Positions 1-10,799 of a stretch of 64,000 nucleotides of DNA are shown piece by piece. The position numbers and the translations under genes were made by a program. Location: assembly GCA_016207165.1 (NCBI GenBank), contig JACQQD010000001.1, forward strand, positions 1 to 64,000, read 5' to 3'. Below the pieces are notes generated by a model. The model was not told where the DNA came from. It saw only the letters and a list, made by a program, of their open reading frames with translations, and made no database searches. This stretch comes from Candidatus Micrarchaeota archaeon (GTDB taxonomy: Archaea; Micrarchaeota; Micrarchaeia; Norongarragalinales; Norongarragalinaceae). Each line of letters begins with the position of its first letter. Position 1 is the stretch's first letter.

Positions 1-989
1 ACGCGGAAAACGATTTCGCCGTCCGGGAGGTTGGGCGAATCCACGAGCTTCATGATGCGGCGGTCCTCCTTGCTTCTCCTCACGTACAACCGGTACGTGG
101 ACGTGTGCGCCAGCACGTGGCCGCCGATTGGCGCTGTGGGGTCGCCAAACAGAATGTCGGGCCGGTCCATGACTTGGTTCGTCACGTACACGGCCACGTT
201 GAATTGGTCCGCGTATCGAAGCAGTTGGTGGATGTGCTTGTTGAGCTTTTGCTGGCGTTCCGCCAATTCGCCGCGTCCCAGGTAATCCGCGCGAAACGCG
301 GCGGTAAGCGAATCCACGACGATCAGGCGAATGCCTTTCTCGCGGATGAGGGGCTCTAGTTTCTCGACCAACAGCATTTGGTGGTCGGAATTCAAAGCGC
401 GGGCCACGTGAATGTTGGACAAAACGGTCTGCGGGTCCAAGCCCTGCGCCTCTGCCATTTGGACGATGCGCTCCGGCCGAAACGTGGACTCCGTGTCAAT
501 GAACGCCACGGAACCACCCAAACCGCCTTTTTCTTTGGGCAGTTGCGCGTTCACGCACAACTGGAAGCCGATTTGAGATTTTCCGCTTCCAAAGCGCCCG
601 AACACTTCCGTGATGGCCTGCGTTTCCACGCCGCCGCCAATGAGCAAATCCAATTCACTGGAGCCAGTCGTTGCCTTTTCGATGAGTTTTCTCCGTTCCA
701 ACACGTCGGCGCCCGTCTCGAAACCCATTTCCAAAGCGTCGCGGGCCGCGTTGATGACTTTCACGGCCGAACCTTCGCCCACCCCCGATATTTCTTGCAG
801 TTCCGAGGGCATAGAGTACGCCAACGTCTCCAAGTTGTCGTACCCGGCTTGCTTGAGTTTCGCCAGAATCGACGGCCCGACCCCGGGAATGTCTTCCACC
901 GACGTGATTTTCTTGGCGTTTTTCTTGGAGGAGCCGATTTCCATGACCGGTACGCTTTCCTCGTTTTCCACGGATTCCTGTTCTTCCAT
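1..989 (-). CDS. radA: DNA repair/recombination protein RadA (3' end runs off window)
   Basis: Manual translation of the minus strand: [11 protein letters not shown]...EDIPGVGP (HhH), [14 protein letters not shown] (Walker A), [53 protein letters not shown]; AGGTGA RBS upstream. Absent from the ORF track because there is no stop in the window. Confidence 0.97.
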   Translation of the reverse strand, partial: MEEQESVENEESVPVMEIGSSKKNAKKITSVEDIPGVGPSILAKLKQAGYDNLETLAYSMPSELQEISGVGEGSAVKVINAARDALEMGFETGADVLERRKLIEKATTGSSELDLLIGGGVETQAITEVFGRFGSGKSQIGFQLCVNAQLPKEKGGLGGSVAFIDTESTFRPERIVQMAEAQGLDPQTVLSNIHVARALNSDHQMLLVEKLEPLIREKGIRLIVVDSLTAAFRADYLGRGELAERQQKLNKHIHQLLRYADQFNVAVYVTNQVMDRPDILFGDPTAPIGGHVLAHTSTYRLYVRRSKEDRRIMKLVDSPNLPDGEIVFR

Positions 990-1062
990 CACGAGCTTCA
1001 CCTGACACAAAAGCAATGGAAAGCGGTTTATAAATGCAGGGAGGGTAGCTGGCCGGTGAAAC

Positions 1063-1815
1063 TTACAGGGGGTGGGCAAAGCCCAGGGAGTTGAGGTGAT
1101 CAGCCAAGGCCGAAGCCAAGTGGTGGGCGGCGTGGCGGTCGATGCGTTCCTGGAGGGGACCCAAATCCAGTTGGAAGATGAAATCGGCTCCGTCGCGTTG
1201 GTGAGTGAAGGACGCCTTCAGGGGCGCGTGGGTAACCCGTTCAAAACGTTCCACGTGCGTGCCAAGCCGTAGTTCGGGGGAGGTGGGCGCGGGTGACTCC
1301 AGCGCGCGGGCGTCGAACTTCAAGTCACGTAACGCGGCCAGTTGCGCGGGAACATCGATGAACGCTTGTTTTCGGGCGCGGTGGCCGGACAACACGGCGT
1401 TGAGGTGGTCGGCCAGGGCGCGCGCGTTTCGGAACCGTTTTTGGGCGGCGCGGTGGCTTGCGACGCGGTCCATGGACTCCAGGGTCCCGTGAAGGTCGCC
1501 CAACAAGTTGCGAATGGTTTTCCGTTTTCCTTGGAAAAACAAGGCCACGTCGTTGATGTACGCGTTTCGGTATAGTGGTTTCAAGTGGCGGGCACGTTCT
1601 TTGAATATGCGCAGCATTTGGTAAACCGCGTTGCAGTCCGCCGGCGGCAGGGAGCCGATGTGTTCTTCGAATTCCTGGTCAAGCCTTCGCAGGGAATGGC
1701 CAAGGCCTTCAATGCGTTCCCGGGTTGCCGACTCGTCAAACACGGCGCCGTGGCAACGCGCCACGAGGTGGAGGTTGGCGCCGGCGGCCACGCATTCGAC
1801 GTGAAACGCGCACAT
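1063..1815 (-). CDS. hypothetical helical protein
   Basis: Long ORF filling the gap between radA and the next gene; ATG at 1815 is about 25 bp below a TTTAAG TATA-like box; no family recognised. Confidence 0.65.
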   Translation of the reverse strand: MCAFHVECVAAGANLHLVARCHGAVFDESATRERIEGLGHSLRRLDQEFEEHIGSLPPADCNAVYQMLRIFKERARHLKPLYRNAYINDVALFFQGKRKTIRNLLGDLHGTLESMDRVASHRAAQKRFRNARALADHLNAVLSGHRARKQAFIDVPAQLAALRDLKFDARALESPAPTSPELRLGTHVERFERVTHAPLKASFTHQRDGADFIFQLDLGPLQERIDRHAAHHLASALADHLNSLGFAHPL

Positions 1816-1901
1816 GATGGGCCAAAGCCCGCGCGCCTTAAACAAGGTTTGCGTTGCCGAAAAACGCAAAGCCTTAAAGCAATCCGGGGCGTAACGGGTG
1901 C

Positions 1902-2384
1902 ATGAACTACCGCACGGCGGGGCTGGCCGTATTCTGGGTCACCGTCGCCATCACCCTGGCGTGGGGGGCCTTGAATCGCCTGGACGTGGCGCTGGTGACG
2001 TTTGTGGTCGGATTGTTTTTCACGGAACAAGCCTTTGTCGCGGCGTGGGTGGAAGAAAGTTTTCCGTTTCCCGGAAACCTGCGGCTGTCGTTTCTCTCCG
2101 CGCAATTGGTGCCCAAGCATGGCTTTCACGTGTTTGACCACCTTATTTGGGAAGGCGACATGAAGGACCGGTTCACGCCGTTTACCTTGATCGTGCACGC
2201 CAAGAAACCGGTGCGGCACGCCAAGAAAAACGCGGAAAAACTCAAGAAAGAATTTGGCCGAGTCGTAGGATTGCAGGAAACCGACATTCAAGCCAAGACC
2301 GCGGTGGCGCACTTCCGGGACGTGACGCCCATTCGGCAATCCGTCCAACGCACCCTGGAATTGTTGGAAAAGGTTTGGAAGTAA
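1902..2384 (+). CDS. hypothetical membrane protein (2 N-terminal TM helices)
   Basis: Hydrophobic N-terminus; CTTAAA box about 25 bp upstream; ends 6 bp before nurA. Confidence 0.7.
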   Translation: MNYRTAGLAVFWVTVAITLAWGALNRLDVALVTFVVGLFFTEQAFVAAWVEESFPFPGNLRLSFLSAQLVPKHGFHVFDHLIWEGDMKDRFTPFTLIVHAKKPVRHAKKNAEKLKKEFGRVVGLQETDIQAKTAVAHFRDVTPIRQSVQRTLELLEKVWK

Positions 2385-2390
2385 ACACCG

Positions 2391-3389
2391 ATGCGTGACG
2401 CCCTGGACCAAATCCAATCCGCGTTGGAAAAGCACCGCGAAACCCCGATTGGAAAACCCTTTTTCTCGGATCCCCGCTACCACGTCCAGGAATTCAGCCA
2501 AGAAAACTTCAAGGCGTTGGAAGGCAAGCGCACGCATTTGGCGTTCGTCGACGCCGGCAACCAAGAGTTGTTGGGGGGCGCTTCCGCGTCGCTCCAGTTC
2601 GTGCGCGTGTACGCCGGAGTGTTTTCCGGGAAAAAACGCGTCCATCAAGAGCGCCACGAGTTTCTGTGTTTGACGCAAAGCGTGGACGGCGCAACCTTTC
2701 AATCCACGCTGATTCCCCTTGAAGGCGGCCTGCTTCAAGAAGAAGGCGTTTTCACGGTCAACGGCGGTGAAGTGCAAGATGCCGAACAGCGCTCGAAAGC
2801 CGCGCAAGTCGGCGCGCTCACCAGGCGGTTTGCCGAGTGGGCGCTTTGCGGCAAAATCCTCCAGGAGTTTGACGACGTAACCGTAGTCAAGGACGGAACC
2901 CTCCAGACCTCGGTGGCCAAGGAAAGCTTTTACGCCAGACGCGCGCTTTCCAAGACCACCGAAACCAAGACGCTCTGCGCGCTTTCCAAGACCAGCACGC
3001 TTTTGACGACCACGGGATGGAGCGTGACGGACGCCGTGCAAACCATGGCGCCATCCGGGGCGTGGGCGTATGAGTGGATTGGAAAAAGCGAGCAACCCGA
3101 CCATCCGGCCCACATCGCCGTCGCCAAACTCCACCCCAGTGCCGAACGCGCGTTCCGCGTCGAAGCCGCAAAGCCCCACACTCAAATTCCATGGAAAAGC
3201 CTTGAAGAAAACGCGTCGGACCCCGCGTTTCTGGGTTACCCGTACGGCTTGGTGGACGCCGACCACCACGCCCGCGTGACCAATGCGGAAGCCCTATCTT
3301 GGAAGGCGTTGGTTTACGCCAAGCTCGGCCAAGAAGCGGATAACCTTGCCAAACACACCGACGCGCACGCGTGGCTAAGCAAACTGTAG
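2391..3389 (+). CDS. nurA: NurA DNA double-strand-break repair nuclease
   Basis: AFVDAG, VVKDGTL and GYPYGLVDADHHARV motifs typical of NurA; herA/mre11/rad50 nearby. Confidence 0.88.
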   Translation: MRDALDQIQSALEKHRETPIGKPFFSDPRYHVQEFSQENFKALEGKRTHLAFVDAGNQELLGGASASLQFVRVYAGVFSGKKRVHQERHEFLCLTQSVDGATFQSTLIPLEGGLLQEEGVFTVNGGEVQDAEQRSKAAQVGALTRRFAEWALCGKILQEFDDVTVVKDGTLQTSVAKESFYARRALSKTTETKTLCALSKTSTLLTTTGWSVTDAVQTMAPSGAWAYEWIGKSEQPDHPAHIAVAKLHPSAERAFRVEAAKPHTQIPWKSLEENASDPAFLGYPYGLVDADHHARVTNAEALSWKALVYAKLGQEADNLAKHTDAHAWLSKL

Positions 3390-3416
3390 AGCAGTTGAAG
3401 AAAAATCAACCCAACC

Positions 3417-3454
3417 CTTAAATAGAAAAAGTGTAAAAAGTGTAATTGGTGTAA
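3417..3454 (+). promoter_or_regulatory. TATA box plus three GTGTAA direct repeats (putative TA operator)
   Basis: CTTAAATA followed by GTGTAA at 3431, 3440 and 3449 (9-bp period), directly upstream of the antitoxin ATG. Confidence 0.55.
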
Positions 3455-3457
3455 TAT

Positions 3458-3718
3458 ATGAAGTACGTGACGAAGAAAGTGCCAGAAGACGCCCAACCCC
3501 TGCTGAACCGCTTTCAAGCCGAATACACGCTGGAAACCGGGGAAAAGATCACGGAAGGCCAGGCGTTCAAGAAAGCGCTTCAAGACGCATTGAAGTACCG
3601 CAAAGAAAAAAGGGTAAATAGGAAACGATACTCGTTGAAGGACTTGAAGGGCTTCATCAAAGGAGGCCTCAAAACCAATGCCACGGAAGAAATCGACCAC
3701 GTGGTGTACGGGATATGA
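3458..3718 (+). CDS. putative antitoxin (VapB-like)
   Basis: 86 aa; ATGA overlap with downstream PIN gene; C-terminal TNATEEIDHVVYG resembles archaeal VapB tails. Confidence 0.75.
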   Translation: MKYVTKKVPEDAQPLLNRFQAEYTLETGEKITEGQAFKKALQDALKYRKEKRVNRKRYSLKDLKGFIKGGLKTNATEEIDHVVYGI

Positions 3719-4116
3719 GGATATTCTTGGATTCGGGGGCATTCATCGCCTACAACCGGGAACAAGATTTACATCACAACGCGGCCGTCAAATTTTTGGA
3801 TTCATTCAGTGACGAAAACGTTCCGACGGTTACCTCGAACCACGTCGTCGAAGAAGTGGTGACCTACCTGCAAGCACGAGAAGGACGTGAAAAAGCGTTT
3901 TTCGCCGGACAGCGGTTGTTGGAAAACCGCCAGCTTTCGATCATCTACGTCAACGAAAACCATATCCGAAACGCGTTGACGGTCGTCCGCAAACGGGACG
4001 GGCTAAGTTTGTGTGACGCGCTAACCGCTACCATGATGGAGGAAGAAGGCATCCAAAAGCTCTGCTCGTTTGACTCGGACTTTGACCAATTCAAGCACAT
4101 CCAACGCCTACATTGA
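3715..4116 (+). CDS. vapC: PIN-domain VapC toxin
   Basis: IFLDSGAFIA, VVEE, LSLCDAL and SFDSDF acidic PIN motifs. Confidence 0.93.
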   Translation: MRIFLDSGAFIAYNREQDLHHNAAVKFLDSFSDENVPTVTSNHVVEEVVTYLQAREGREKAFFAGQRLLENRQLSIIYVNENHIRNALTVVRKRDGLSLCDALTATMMEEEGIQKLCSFDSDFDQFKHIQRLH

Positions 4117-4153
4117 AAGCAATCTATAACTAGAACCCACCGGATATTCCCGC

Positions 4154-5080
4154 ATGGCGTTTTCCCGTGAGGAATTGTTCCCGAAAATCAAGACCGCTCA
4201 CGGACAAGTCAACGTGTACGGTTACCCCCACGGGTTTTCGCCGGGACCCATCCAGCACGACGAGGCACGAAGAGCTCTGGAGGAAGAAGTCCGCGGATTT
4301 CAGCCGCATGACTACGTAATGGTGGAAGGGCAGCACGACGACCATTTCCAGGCTCTGGGACTTCCGACGGGCGAAGAACAAGACGTGCTGGAAAGCAAGA
4401 TCCGGCGTTTGGGCGTGACTGGAAGAATCGAGCGACCGGAATTCCATGAAATCATTGGCCTGCCGGTTGTCGACCCAGGACTGCGCATGGAACAATTCAC
4501 GCTAACGCCAAATACCGCGCAAGAAATCGCTGAAGCAGAAGAAGAGTTCAGCCGCGTGACACTGCAGGAAGCCGTTCGCCCGGGCATGGACGCCGTCCGA
4601 AAGCACCGGAAAGAATGGGAAGAAAGCCTTGCGCACGGGTTGAACGAAAAAAAACCAAAGGAAATCCAACGTTACACGGAGTTCAAACTGCCATTCCGAA
4701 GCCTGTTGCTGGCGCGGGCCGCGCATTACCGCGCCGAAGCGCTGGGCGGGACCGTGAGACTGTTCACCGGATTTTTGCACGTGGACGAAATCAACCGGTT
4801 CCTGAAAAGTCCGGAGCGCGTGGACGAATACCTGGGGAAACTCCAGAGAAGCCACCCCGAACTTGAGAGGCTTTACAAGTGGCACGAACACGTCAACAAG
4901 CAAATCCTGGAGGCGTTCCGACACTCCGAGCACTTGGTCAAAACAGCCCAGCGGCCTCGTTGGCTGGAATTCTTGGCTCGAAACATCCAAGCCGATGCCC
5001 TTAAAGCCTACTTCACCGGCCGGCACGAACAAGGTTCCTTGAAGGCGTTGGTCGAACGGTTTAAAGAGCAAGACCGGTAG
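4154..5080 (+). CDS. hypothetical protein, weak TraB/GumN-like motifs
   Basis: 308-aa ORF with YGYPHG, DYVMVEG, FRSLLLA and LFTGFLHV in TraB-like order; family call tentative. Confidence 0.6.
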   Translation: MAFSREELFPKIKTAHGQVNVYGYPHGFSPGPIQHDEARRALEEEVRGFQPHDYVMVEGQHDDHFQALGLPTGEEQDVLESKIRRLGVTGRIERPEFHEIIGLPVVDPGLRMEQFTLTPNTAQEIAEAEEEFSRVTLQEAVRPGMDAVRKHRKEWEESLAHGLNEKKPKEIQRYTEFKLPFRSLLLARAAHYRAEALGGTVRLFTGFLHVDEINRFLKSPERVDEYLGKLQRSHPELERLYKWHEHVNKQILEAFRHSEHLVKTAQRPRWLEFLARNIQADALKAYFTGRHEQGSLKALVERFKEQDR

Positions 5081-5090
5081 AGGACAGAAC

Positions 5091-6545
5091 ATGAACGTCG
5101 TCGCGCAGATCGTGGGAGGCCAGCACGCCGACATTTTGCTTCGGCAGAAAAGCGGGGAGGACCTGGAACTCGGCGAGTTGTTGGTGGCCGAAAACGGCTC
5201 CGCCAAAATCCTCCTGCAAGTCTTTGATTTGTTGTACGGCAGCCAAATCCAGCCCGAAGCCCTGCAATGGGCTTCCGGCCTTCAACTGGAGGACGTGTCA
5301 AAAAGCGGATTCATGGAAGAGCAATTGCGCAACTACGTCTTGGCCAAAGTCAAGGCGGTGGCCCACGTCAAAAACGGCGTGGCGGTTACCCCCAAGACGC
5401 TTCCCAGATTCTTTTCCAGCCTCAGGCGCCTGGAAAACGAGGACCTTGCCTTTTTAGAGAACCCGGAAAAACCGTTGTACGCCGGCAACGTGCGCTGTGG
5501 TTCGCGTTGCTTGGACAAAGCCGTGTTCTTGGATGGCACGCAAGTCTTACCCACCCACGTCTTGGTGGCGGCGGGTACGGGAAAAGGAAAATCAAATTTG
5601 GTAAAATGTTTACTGTACAGACTCCTGGATTCCAACTACTGCGGCGTTTTGGTGTTGGATCCCCACAACGAGTACGCCGACGCACTCCGAAGCCACCCCC
5701 ACGCCGGCAAGCAACTGGTTTCCTATTCGCCGAAACCCGGACGCGGCGGCATCACATTGAGAATCAATTACAAAAGCCTGAAACCCTGGCATTTCAGCGG
5801 AATCGTGTCATTTACCGAAGCCCAGAACGAAACCATTTGGACGTACTACAAGGAATTCAAAAACGATTGGCTCACCGAGATTCTGGCAGAGGACATCTCC
5901 GAGAAACTCCAGCCGCGCTTCGAGCGCCGGGCCCTCAAAGAGGAAACGCTTCGCGTACTGCAACGCAAACTCGAACTGGCCCTGCGCAACAGCGTGTTCA
6001 GCACAGAAGGCGGAAAGACTACCGTGGCGGACATCGCGCACGCCCTGGACGACGGCAAAGTCGTCGTGATTGACACGTCCGGCGTGTCCTCGGACACGGA
6101 ACTCTTAATTGGCAGCATCCTGGCCAACGACGTGTTCGAGAAAGCCAAACAAGGTCCCGGCAAACTCAAAAGCATCGTCATCGAGGAAGCCCCGCGCGTC
6201 TTGAGGGAGGGCTCCTCCAACGTGTTCTCATCCATTGCCCGCGAAGGCCGGAAATTCAGCGTGGGACTGATCGCCATCACGCAACTGGCGTCCCTGATTC
6301 CCAGGGAAGTGTTGGCCAACATGAACACGAAAATCATTTTGGGCAACGAAATGCGGGCGGAACGCGAGGCCATCATTGGCTCGGCGGCCCAGGACCTCTC
6401 GGATGACTCCAAGACCATTGCCGGCTTGGACAAAGGCGAAGCCATCATTTCCAGCGTCTACACCAAGTTCGCGCTACCCGTTCAATTCCCGAAATTCGAG
6501 GACGTCGCGAAAAAAGCCGCCGGCACCCAAAAACGGTTCACGTAA
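5091..6545 (+). CDS. herA: HerA bipolar helicase/ATPase
   Basis: N-terminal HAS-barrel-like region, Walker [33 protein letters not shown]. Confidence 0.93.
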   Translation: MNVVAQIVGGQHADILLRQKSGEDLELGELLVAENGSAKILLQVFDLLYGSQIQPEALQWASGLQLEDVSKSGFMEEQLRNYVLAKVKAVAHVKNGVAVTPKTLPRFFSSLRRLENEDLAFLENPEKPLYAGNVRCGSRCLDKAVFLDGTQVLPTHVLVAAGTGKGKSNLVKCLLYRLLDSNYCGVLVLDPHNEYADALRSHPHAGKQLVSYSPKPGRGGITLRINYKSLKPWHFSGIVSFTEAQNETIWTYYKEFKNDWLTEILAEDISEKLQPRFERRALKEETLRVLQRKLELALRNSVFSTEGGKTTVADIAHALDDGKVVVIDTSGVSSDTELLIGSILANDVFEKAKQGPGKLKSIVIEEAPRVLREGSSNVFSSIAREGRKFSVGLIAITQLASLIPREVLANMNTKIILGNEMRAEREAIIGSAAQDLSDDSKTIAGLDKGEAIISSVYTKFALPVQFPKFEDVAKKAAGTQKRFT

Positions 6546-6586
6546 ACGCCCAAAAAAAAGATGTTTTAAATGGGTTCAACAAGTTA

Positions 6587-9500
6587 GTGAATGGTATGAC
6601 CCAACGCGCCCAGGGTACTTTCGAGTACGTCCTATTGCTGGGCGGCGCGTTGCTCATCGTGGCCCTGGCCTCATTGGTTTTAATCAACCAATCCCCGGAC
6701 GTGGACGAACGCAAAGTCTGCGCCGCCGTGGCCCGCGCGGCGGTGTCCTGTTTTGACGCGCAAGGAAACTTCTACCCCGACCGAACGTTCCAGTTCAATG
6801 GAAAGCAAACCTCGTGCGGCTGCGCGCCCGGCCAACCCGTACCCGGAGGCATCGTGCCACCCGGTTCTAGTCCCCCGCCGCAAGTAAGCCCGCCTCCAGA
6901 TTCCTGCACCGCCCAAAGCCAATCCTGCAACCCCTCCAGTTCCACGTGTTGCACCGGGTTGACGTGCACCGGTGGGCTGCCGTTCATTGGAGGCGACACG
7001 TGTCAAGTCGCGCCCGGACAGCCGACGCCAAGTCCAACGCCCCAGGCCTGCCAGAACACGCCGGCGTCTTGCGGACAGCCGGGCGCGTGCCAGGACTGCA
7101 CGCAACAACAAGTTCCGCCCACGGAAAACAGCGCGGCTTTCTGCCAGGGCAACCAAGTCGTCCACACGCAAACCGCGTATTCTCCGTCATGCCAGCCGAA
7201 CCAAACCTGCGGTTTTTCGCCAACCCAAACCACGGTGGTGGACCAAACGTGTTCTCAAACGCAAGTCTGCCAGAACGCGGCATGCGTGCCCATCCAAGAC
7301 GTGGCGCTCATCGTGGGGAATGACGTGGAACTGGCGGAAAACGAGGGCCTTCAATTCGCTGGAAGACCGTTGAATGCAGAAGAACAGGCTTTGAAATCGC
7401 TTTTGGAGTCTTACCCCTCCGTGCGCGTCAGTTTAATCAAATCGGGCCAGGCCACGTACGACGGCTTGAAAGACTTCAAGGCCGTGGCCGTCACCGACTA
7501 CCATGGCGAACCATTTAACGCGGAAGTCATCACGAAGTTGGCCGCCGACGGCAAGAAAGTCTTGCTGGCGCACGACGCCATCGGCTTCCAAGCCAACCAG
7601 CAACCGGGGGCCACGGGCAACACATTCGTACGCCCCACCAAACCCGAGGCGTTCCTGAACAACTACAGCGAATACCGGGAGTATGACAACTACGTCGGCG
7701 TGCAATCCGGAGGCAGCGCCTACCAAGCGTGGATGGCCAAAAGCATCGGTTCGGCCGATGGCTACGGAGGATACGGTACTTCCACCGGCTACGCAACCAA
7801 CGACCAGACCGGCGGCCGCTGGGCCGCGTGGGGCTACGATCCATCGAAGTTGACCGGCGAAGGCAACATCATGGCCCGCCAAATGATCCAATGGACTTTG
7901 GGCGTTACGCAAAACGCGGTGGTGGTGCCCAACAGCGCGGTGGCACTGATCGCCAAAGACTACGCGGCCACGCCATCCCTCACCGAAAAAGAGCAAGCCC
8001 TCAAACAACTCTGGGAAAAAGAAGGCTACGCGGTTTTCGTCGTTTCCCAGTCCAAGCGCTTTGACGCCGATTACTCCAAGGCCAAAGCCATTACGGCAGC
8101 AGAAGACGTCAACGTGCAATTGCCCGACTTTTTCAGCCGCCTCAGCGATGAAAAACCCGTGTTGTTGGCTTCCAACGGGTTGCGCGTGTTTTGGCCACTG
8201 ACGGAAAGCAACCAAAACCAGCTGCACTTTAACACCAACAAAGGTTTGCTTGCCAATTACGACGCCGAATACGAGAACTGGGTTGACGTGACCAACGACG
8301 CCAAGGGCGTCGCCCGCAACAACTGGGGATACGGGTTCAGCCAAAGCGACTCTTCGTATGGATACGCGGGAGCCACGTTTTACAAGGAAACGTCGAAAGC
8401 CAAAAGCGCGCTTTTTGGGTTTGACCCGTCCAAGCTCACCGGCGAAGGCAAAATCCTGTTCCAGCAAGCCGTCCGCTACGTCACCCAGGAAACCCGCAAG
8501 GACCCCGTGCCCGTGGGATCCGTCATCTTGGTCGCGGAAAGCTACGACGACGTGCCCACGCTGTCAACCACGGAAGCCGCACTCAAGGCGTTCTTGGAAC
8601 AACGCGGCCACTCCGTGCACGCCATTTCCCAGGCGCGCCGCTTTACCACGGATTACGCCAACGCCAAAGCCGTGGCCCTGGCCGGCAAACAACCCTATGA
8701 ATTCACGTTGAGGGAGTTCTACTTGAAGCTGGGCGACGAAAAGCCTCTTCTGGTGGTTCACAACGGCGTGCGTTTGATGCACCGGCTGGGCAACGGCGGA
8801 AGCGTCGCGTACACAAAAATTCAGCGCGACAGCCAGAAAGCGTTCTTGAAGAACTACGACCCCGACGAGGAAATTGGCATCCCCCTGGTCAGCGGGGGAA
8901 CGTCGTTTACCAAAAGAGGGTGGGCGGGGTGGAACCAACTGGATTGGACGGATTGCTGTTACGGCGGCGCCTTGGCGTACAGAGAATTCGGCAACATCAA
9001 AAGCGCTTTGTTCGCGTACGACGTGGCGTATTTGACGTCGGAAGGCCAAATCATGCTGGACGAAATTTTGCGGTGGATGCTTCAAGACGAGGGCACGGCG
9101 CAAACCATTCCAGAGGGAAGCGTGGCGCTCTTGGTGGCCGACTACGATGGCGCGGTGCTCACGCCGCGGGAGACCACGCTGCAAAACCACTTGACCACCA
9201 TGGGGCTCAATGTGGTGACGGTAGCCCAGAAAAACCGGTTCAAAACCGATTTCTCAAAAGCCGCGTTTCTGGCCATCGCCGAAAAACCATATCCCCAAAC
9301 ACTCAACACCCATCTGGCCAGCCTTTCCGCGGCCGCGCCGCGCGTGCTTTTGGTTGCGGAAAGCATCACCATTCCCAGGCCCAGCGCCAAAGGCCAGGCC
9401 ACCGACATGCACGTCTCGTCCAACACGGGCCCTCTTTCCCGCTACAAGGCGGACACCTGGATTCACGTCAAGGACGCGGCCGGCGACGCGTGGGGCCACA

Positions 9501-10738
9501 GCGCGTACCGCTTCGGCGGAATCTGGAAGGGCGTGGGGCAATCCAACACGTGCTGCTTCGGATTTGAATTGTGGTACGCCAACAAAACCAACATCGGCGC
9601 CCCCAAAAACCAGTGCGGCGTTCTGTTCGGCTACGCGCCGGAAGGACTCACGGGCAAAGGGCAAATGCTTTTGGACAACATGGTGCGCTGGCTGTACCAC
9701 GACTGTTACCTGGGTCCGCCCACGCAAGCCGAGCTTTCCTGCGCCGACTACGAGGCCCGGTGCTTCAAGCTATCCGAAGACGCCAACAACTGCCAGGCGC
9801 AAGTTAACATTCCGGTGGGCTCCAGCGTCAACCTCTACAAAGCGGAACTGACGCGGTATTCCCTGGATGATTTCGGCAAAGTCTACTTCAACCAAGAAGT
9901 GGCCTACGACGCCGTGCCGCCGGAGAGCCAGGCCGTGTTCAAAAACCAGTGCTGCAGCACGCAACAAGGCATCTGCGGGCCGCAACCCAACGAATGCAAA
10001 GGGGGATGCAAACTGAAAGCCGACGGCACGTGGGACTGCAAGGACGTGGATGCGAAAAGCGTTTGCAGCACGCAACCCAATACCGTGGACCTCATGCACT
10101 TCCTACAACGCGGAAGCAACACGTTATACGTTTCCGCCTTGGACGGCACCACACGCGGCGCCGACTACATCGGCTGTTTCGGGGAAGTCGGAGGCAGCGC
10201 CACGGTGAGGCTGTGCGCGCGCGGCGACTCCAGCGCCGGACCCGGCGGACAAGGCTCGTCGGGAACCACGAACAACCTGCAAACGTGCCACACCAACGTG
10301 CGGTTCGTCCTGCGCGGCGCGCCCACGAAAGCCGAAAGCTACTGCAACGACTACAACCACTTAAACAGCGCGTGGACGTCCAACGCGGCCACCGCCGTCT
10401 ATTCGTTGCCGGATTCCGCGGTGGACGTCCGCATCAAGTTCCCCGGCATCGTCGTGCAAGGCGAATGCTTTTCCGTGAAGGCCAACGACGAGACGCTGAT
10501 CAACGACGCGGGCTCGTGCCAGCCCAACTACAAGTGCCCGGACCACTACTACAACAGCGTGCTGGAGAAAACCATCCAACCCTCCGGGCAAATCACGCTC
10601 AAGGCGGGTTGGATGACGGGCAACTACAACGGCGGCTACACCGGCCAGTCCGGAGGCGACGTCACCACGTCGGCGTCCATGGACTACCGCGCCGTGTACT
10701 GCAAGCCGGACGAAACCATCATCATCCAAGCCACGTGA
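6587..10738 (+). CDS. large surface protein with class III (pilin-like) signal peptide, Cys/Pro-rich region and four ~195-aa repeats
   Basis: QRAQ|GTFEYVLLLGGALLIV N-terminus; four repeats each starting VAL(I/L)/VIL...L(T/S/N)xxExxL and ending (G/A)(Y/F)xxxxLTxxGxxxxxxxxxW/Y; Cys-rich C-terminus. Confidence 0.88.
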   Translation: MNGMTQRAQGTFEYVLLLGGALLIVALASLVLINQSPDVDERKVCAAVARAAVSCFDAQGNFYPDRTFQFNGKQTSCGCAPGQPVPGGIVPPGSSPPPQVSPPPDSCTAQSQSCNPSSSTCCTGLTCTGGLPFIGGDTCQVAPGQPTPSPTPQACQNTPASCGQPGACQDCTQQQVPPTENSAAFCQGNQVVHTQTAYSPSCQPNQTCGFSPTQTTVVDQTCSQTQVCQNAACVPIQDVALIVGNDVELAENEGLQFAGRPLNAEEQALKSLLESYPSVRVSLIKSGQATYDGLKDFKAVAVTDYHGEPFNAEVITKLAADGKKVLLAHDAIGFQANQQPGATGNTFVRPTKPEAFLNNYSEYREYDNYVGVQSGGSAYQAWMAKSIGSADGYGGYGTSTGYATNDQTGGRWAAWGYDPSKLTGEGNIMARQMIQWTLGVTQNAVVVPNSAVALIAKDYAATPSLTEKEQALKQLWEKEGYAVFVVSQSKRFDADYSKAKAITAAEDVNVQLPDFFSRLSDEKPVLLASNGLRVFWPLTESNQNQLHFNTNKGLLANYDAEYENWVDVTNDAKGVARNNWGYGFSQSDSSYGYAGATFYKETSKAKSALFGFDPSKLTGEGKILFQQAVRYVTQETRKDPVPVGSVILVAESYDDVPTLSTTEAALKAFLEQRGHSVHAISQARRFTTDYANAKAVALAGKQPYEFTLREFYLKLGDEKPLLVVHNGVRLMHRLGNGGSVAYTKIQRDSQKAFLKNYDPDEEIGIPLVSGGTSFTKRGWAGWNQLDWTDCCYGGALAYREFGNIKSALFAYDVAYLTSEGQIMLDEILRWMLQDEGTAQTIPEGSVALLVADYDGAVLTPRETTLQNHLTTMGLNVVTVAQKNRFKTDFSKAAFLAIAEKPYPQTLNTHLASLSAAAPRVLLVAESITIPRPSAKGQATDMHVSSNTGPLSRYKADTWIHVKDAAGDAWGHSAYRFGGIWKGVGQSNTCCFGFELWYANKTNIGAPKNQCGVLFGYAPEGLTGKGQMLLDNMVRWLYHDCYLGPPTQAELSCADYEARCFKLSEDANNCQAQVNIPVGSSVNLYKAELTRYSLDDFGKVYFNQEVAYDAVPPESQAVFKNQCCSTQQGICGPQPNECKGGCKLKADGTWDCKDVDAKSVCSTQPNTVDLMHFLQRGSNTLYVSALDGTTRGADYIGCFGEVGGSATVRLCARGDSSAGPGGQGSSGTTNNLQTCHTNVRFVLRGAPTKAESYCNDYNHLNSAWTSNAATAVYSLPDSAVDVRIKFPGIVVQGECFSVKANDETLINDAGSCQPNYKCPDHYYNSVLEKTIQPSGQITLKAGWMTGNYNGGYTGQSGGDVTTSASMDYRAVYCKPDETIIIQAT

Positions 10739-10799
10739 ACTCCGCTGAGAACGGATTGTTTCCTAAACCGTTGACGGCACCCACGCCCACACGCGGCAT

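Noticed and set aside
2391-6545. NurA/HerA as an anti-phage HerA defence system
   Set aside because: Linked mre11 and rad50 identify the housekeeping end-resection machinery.
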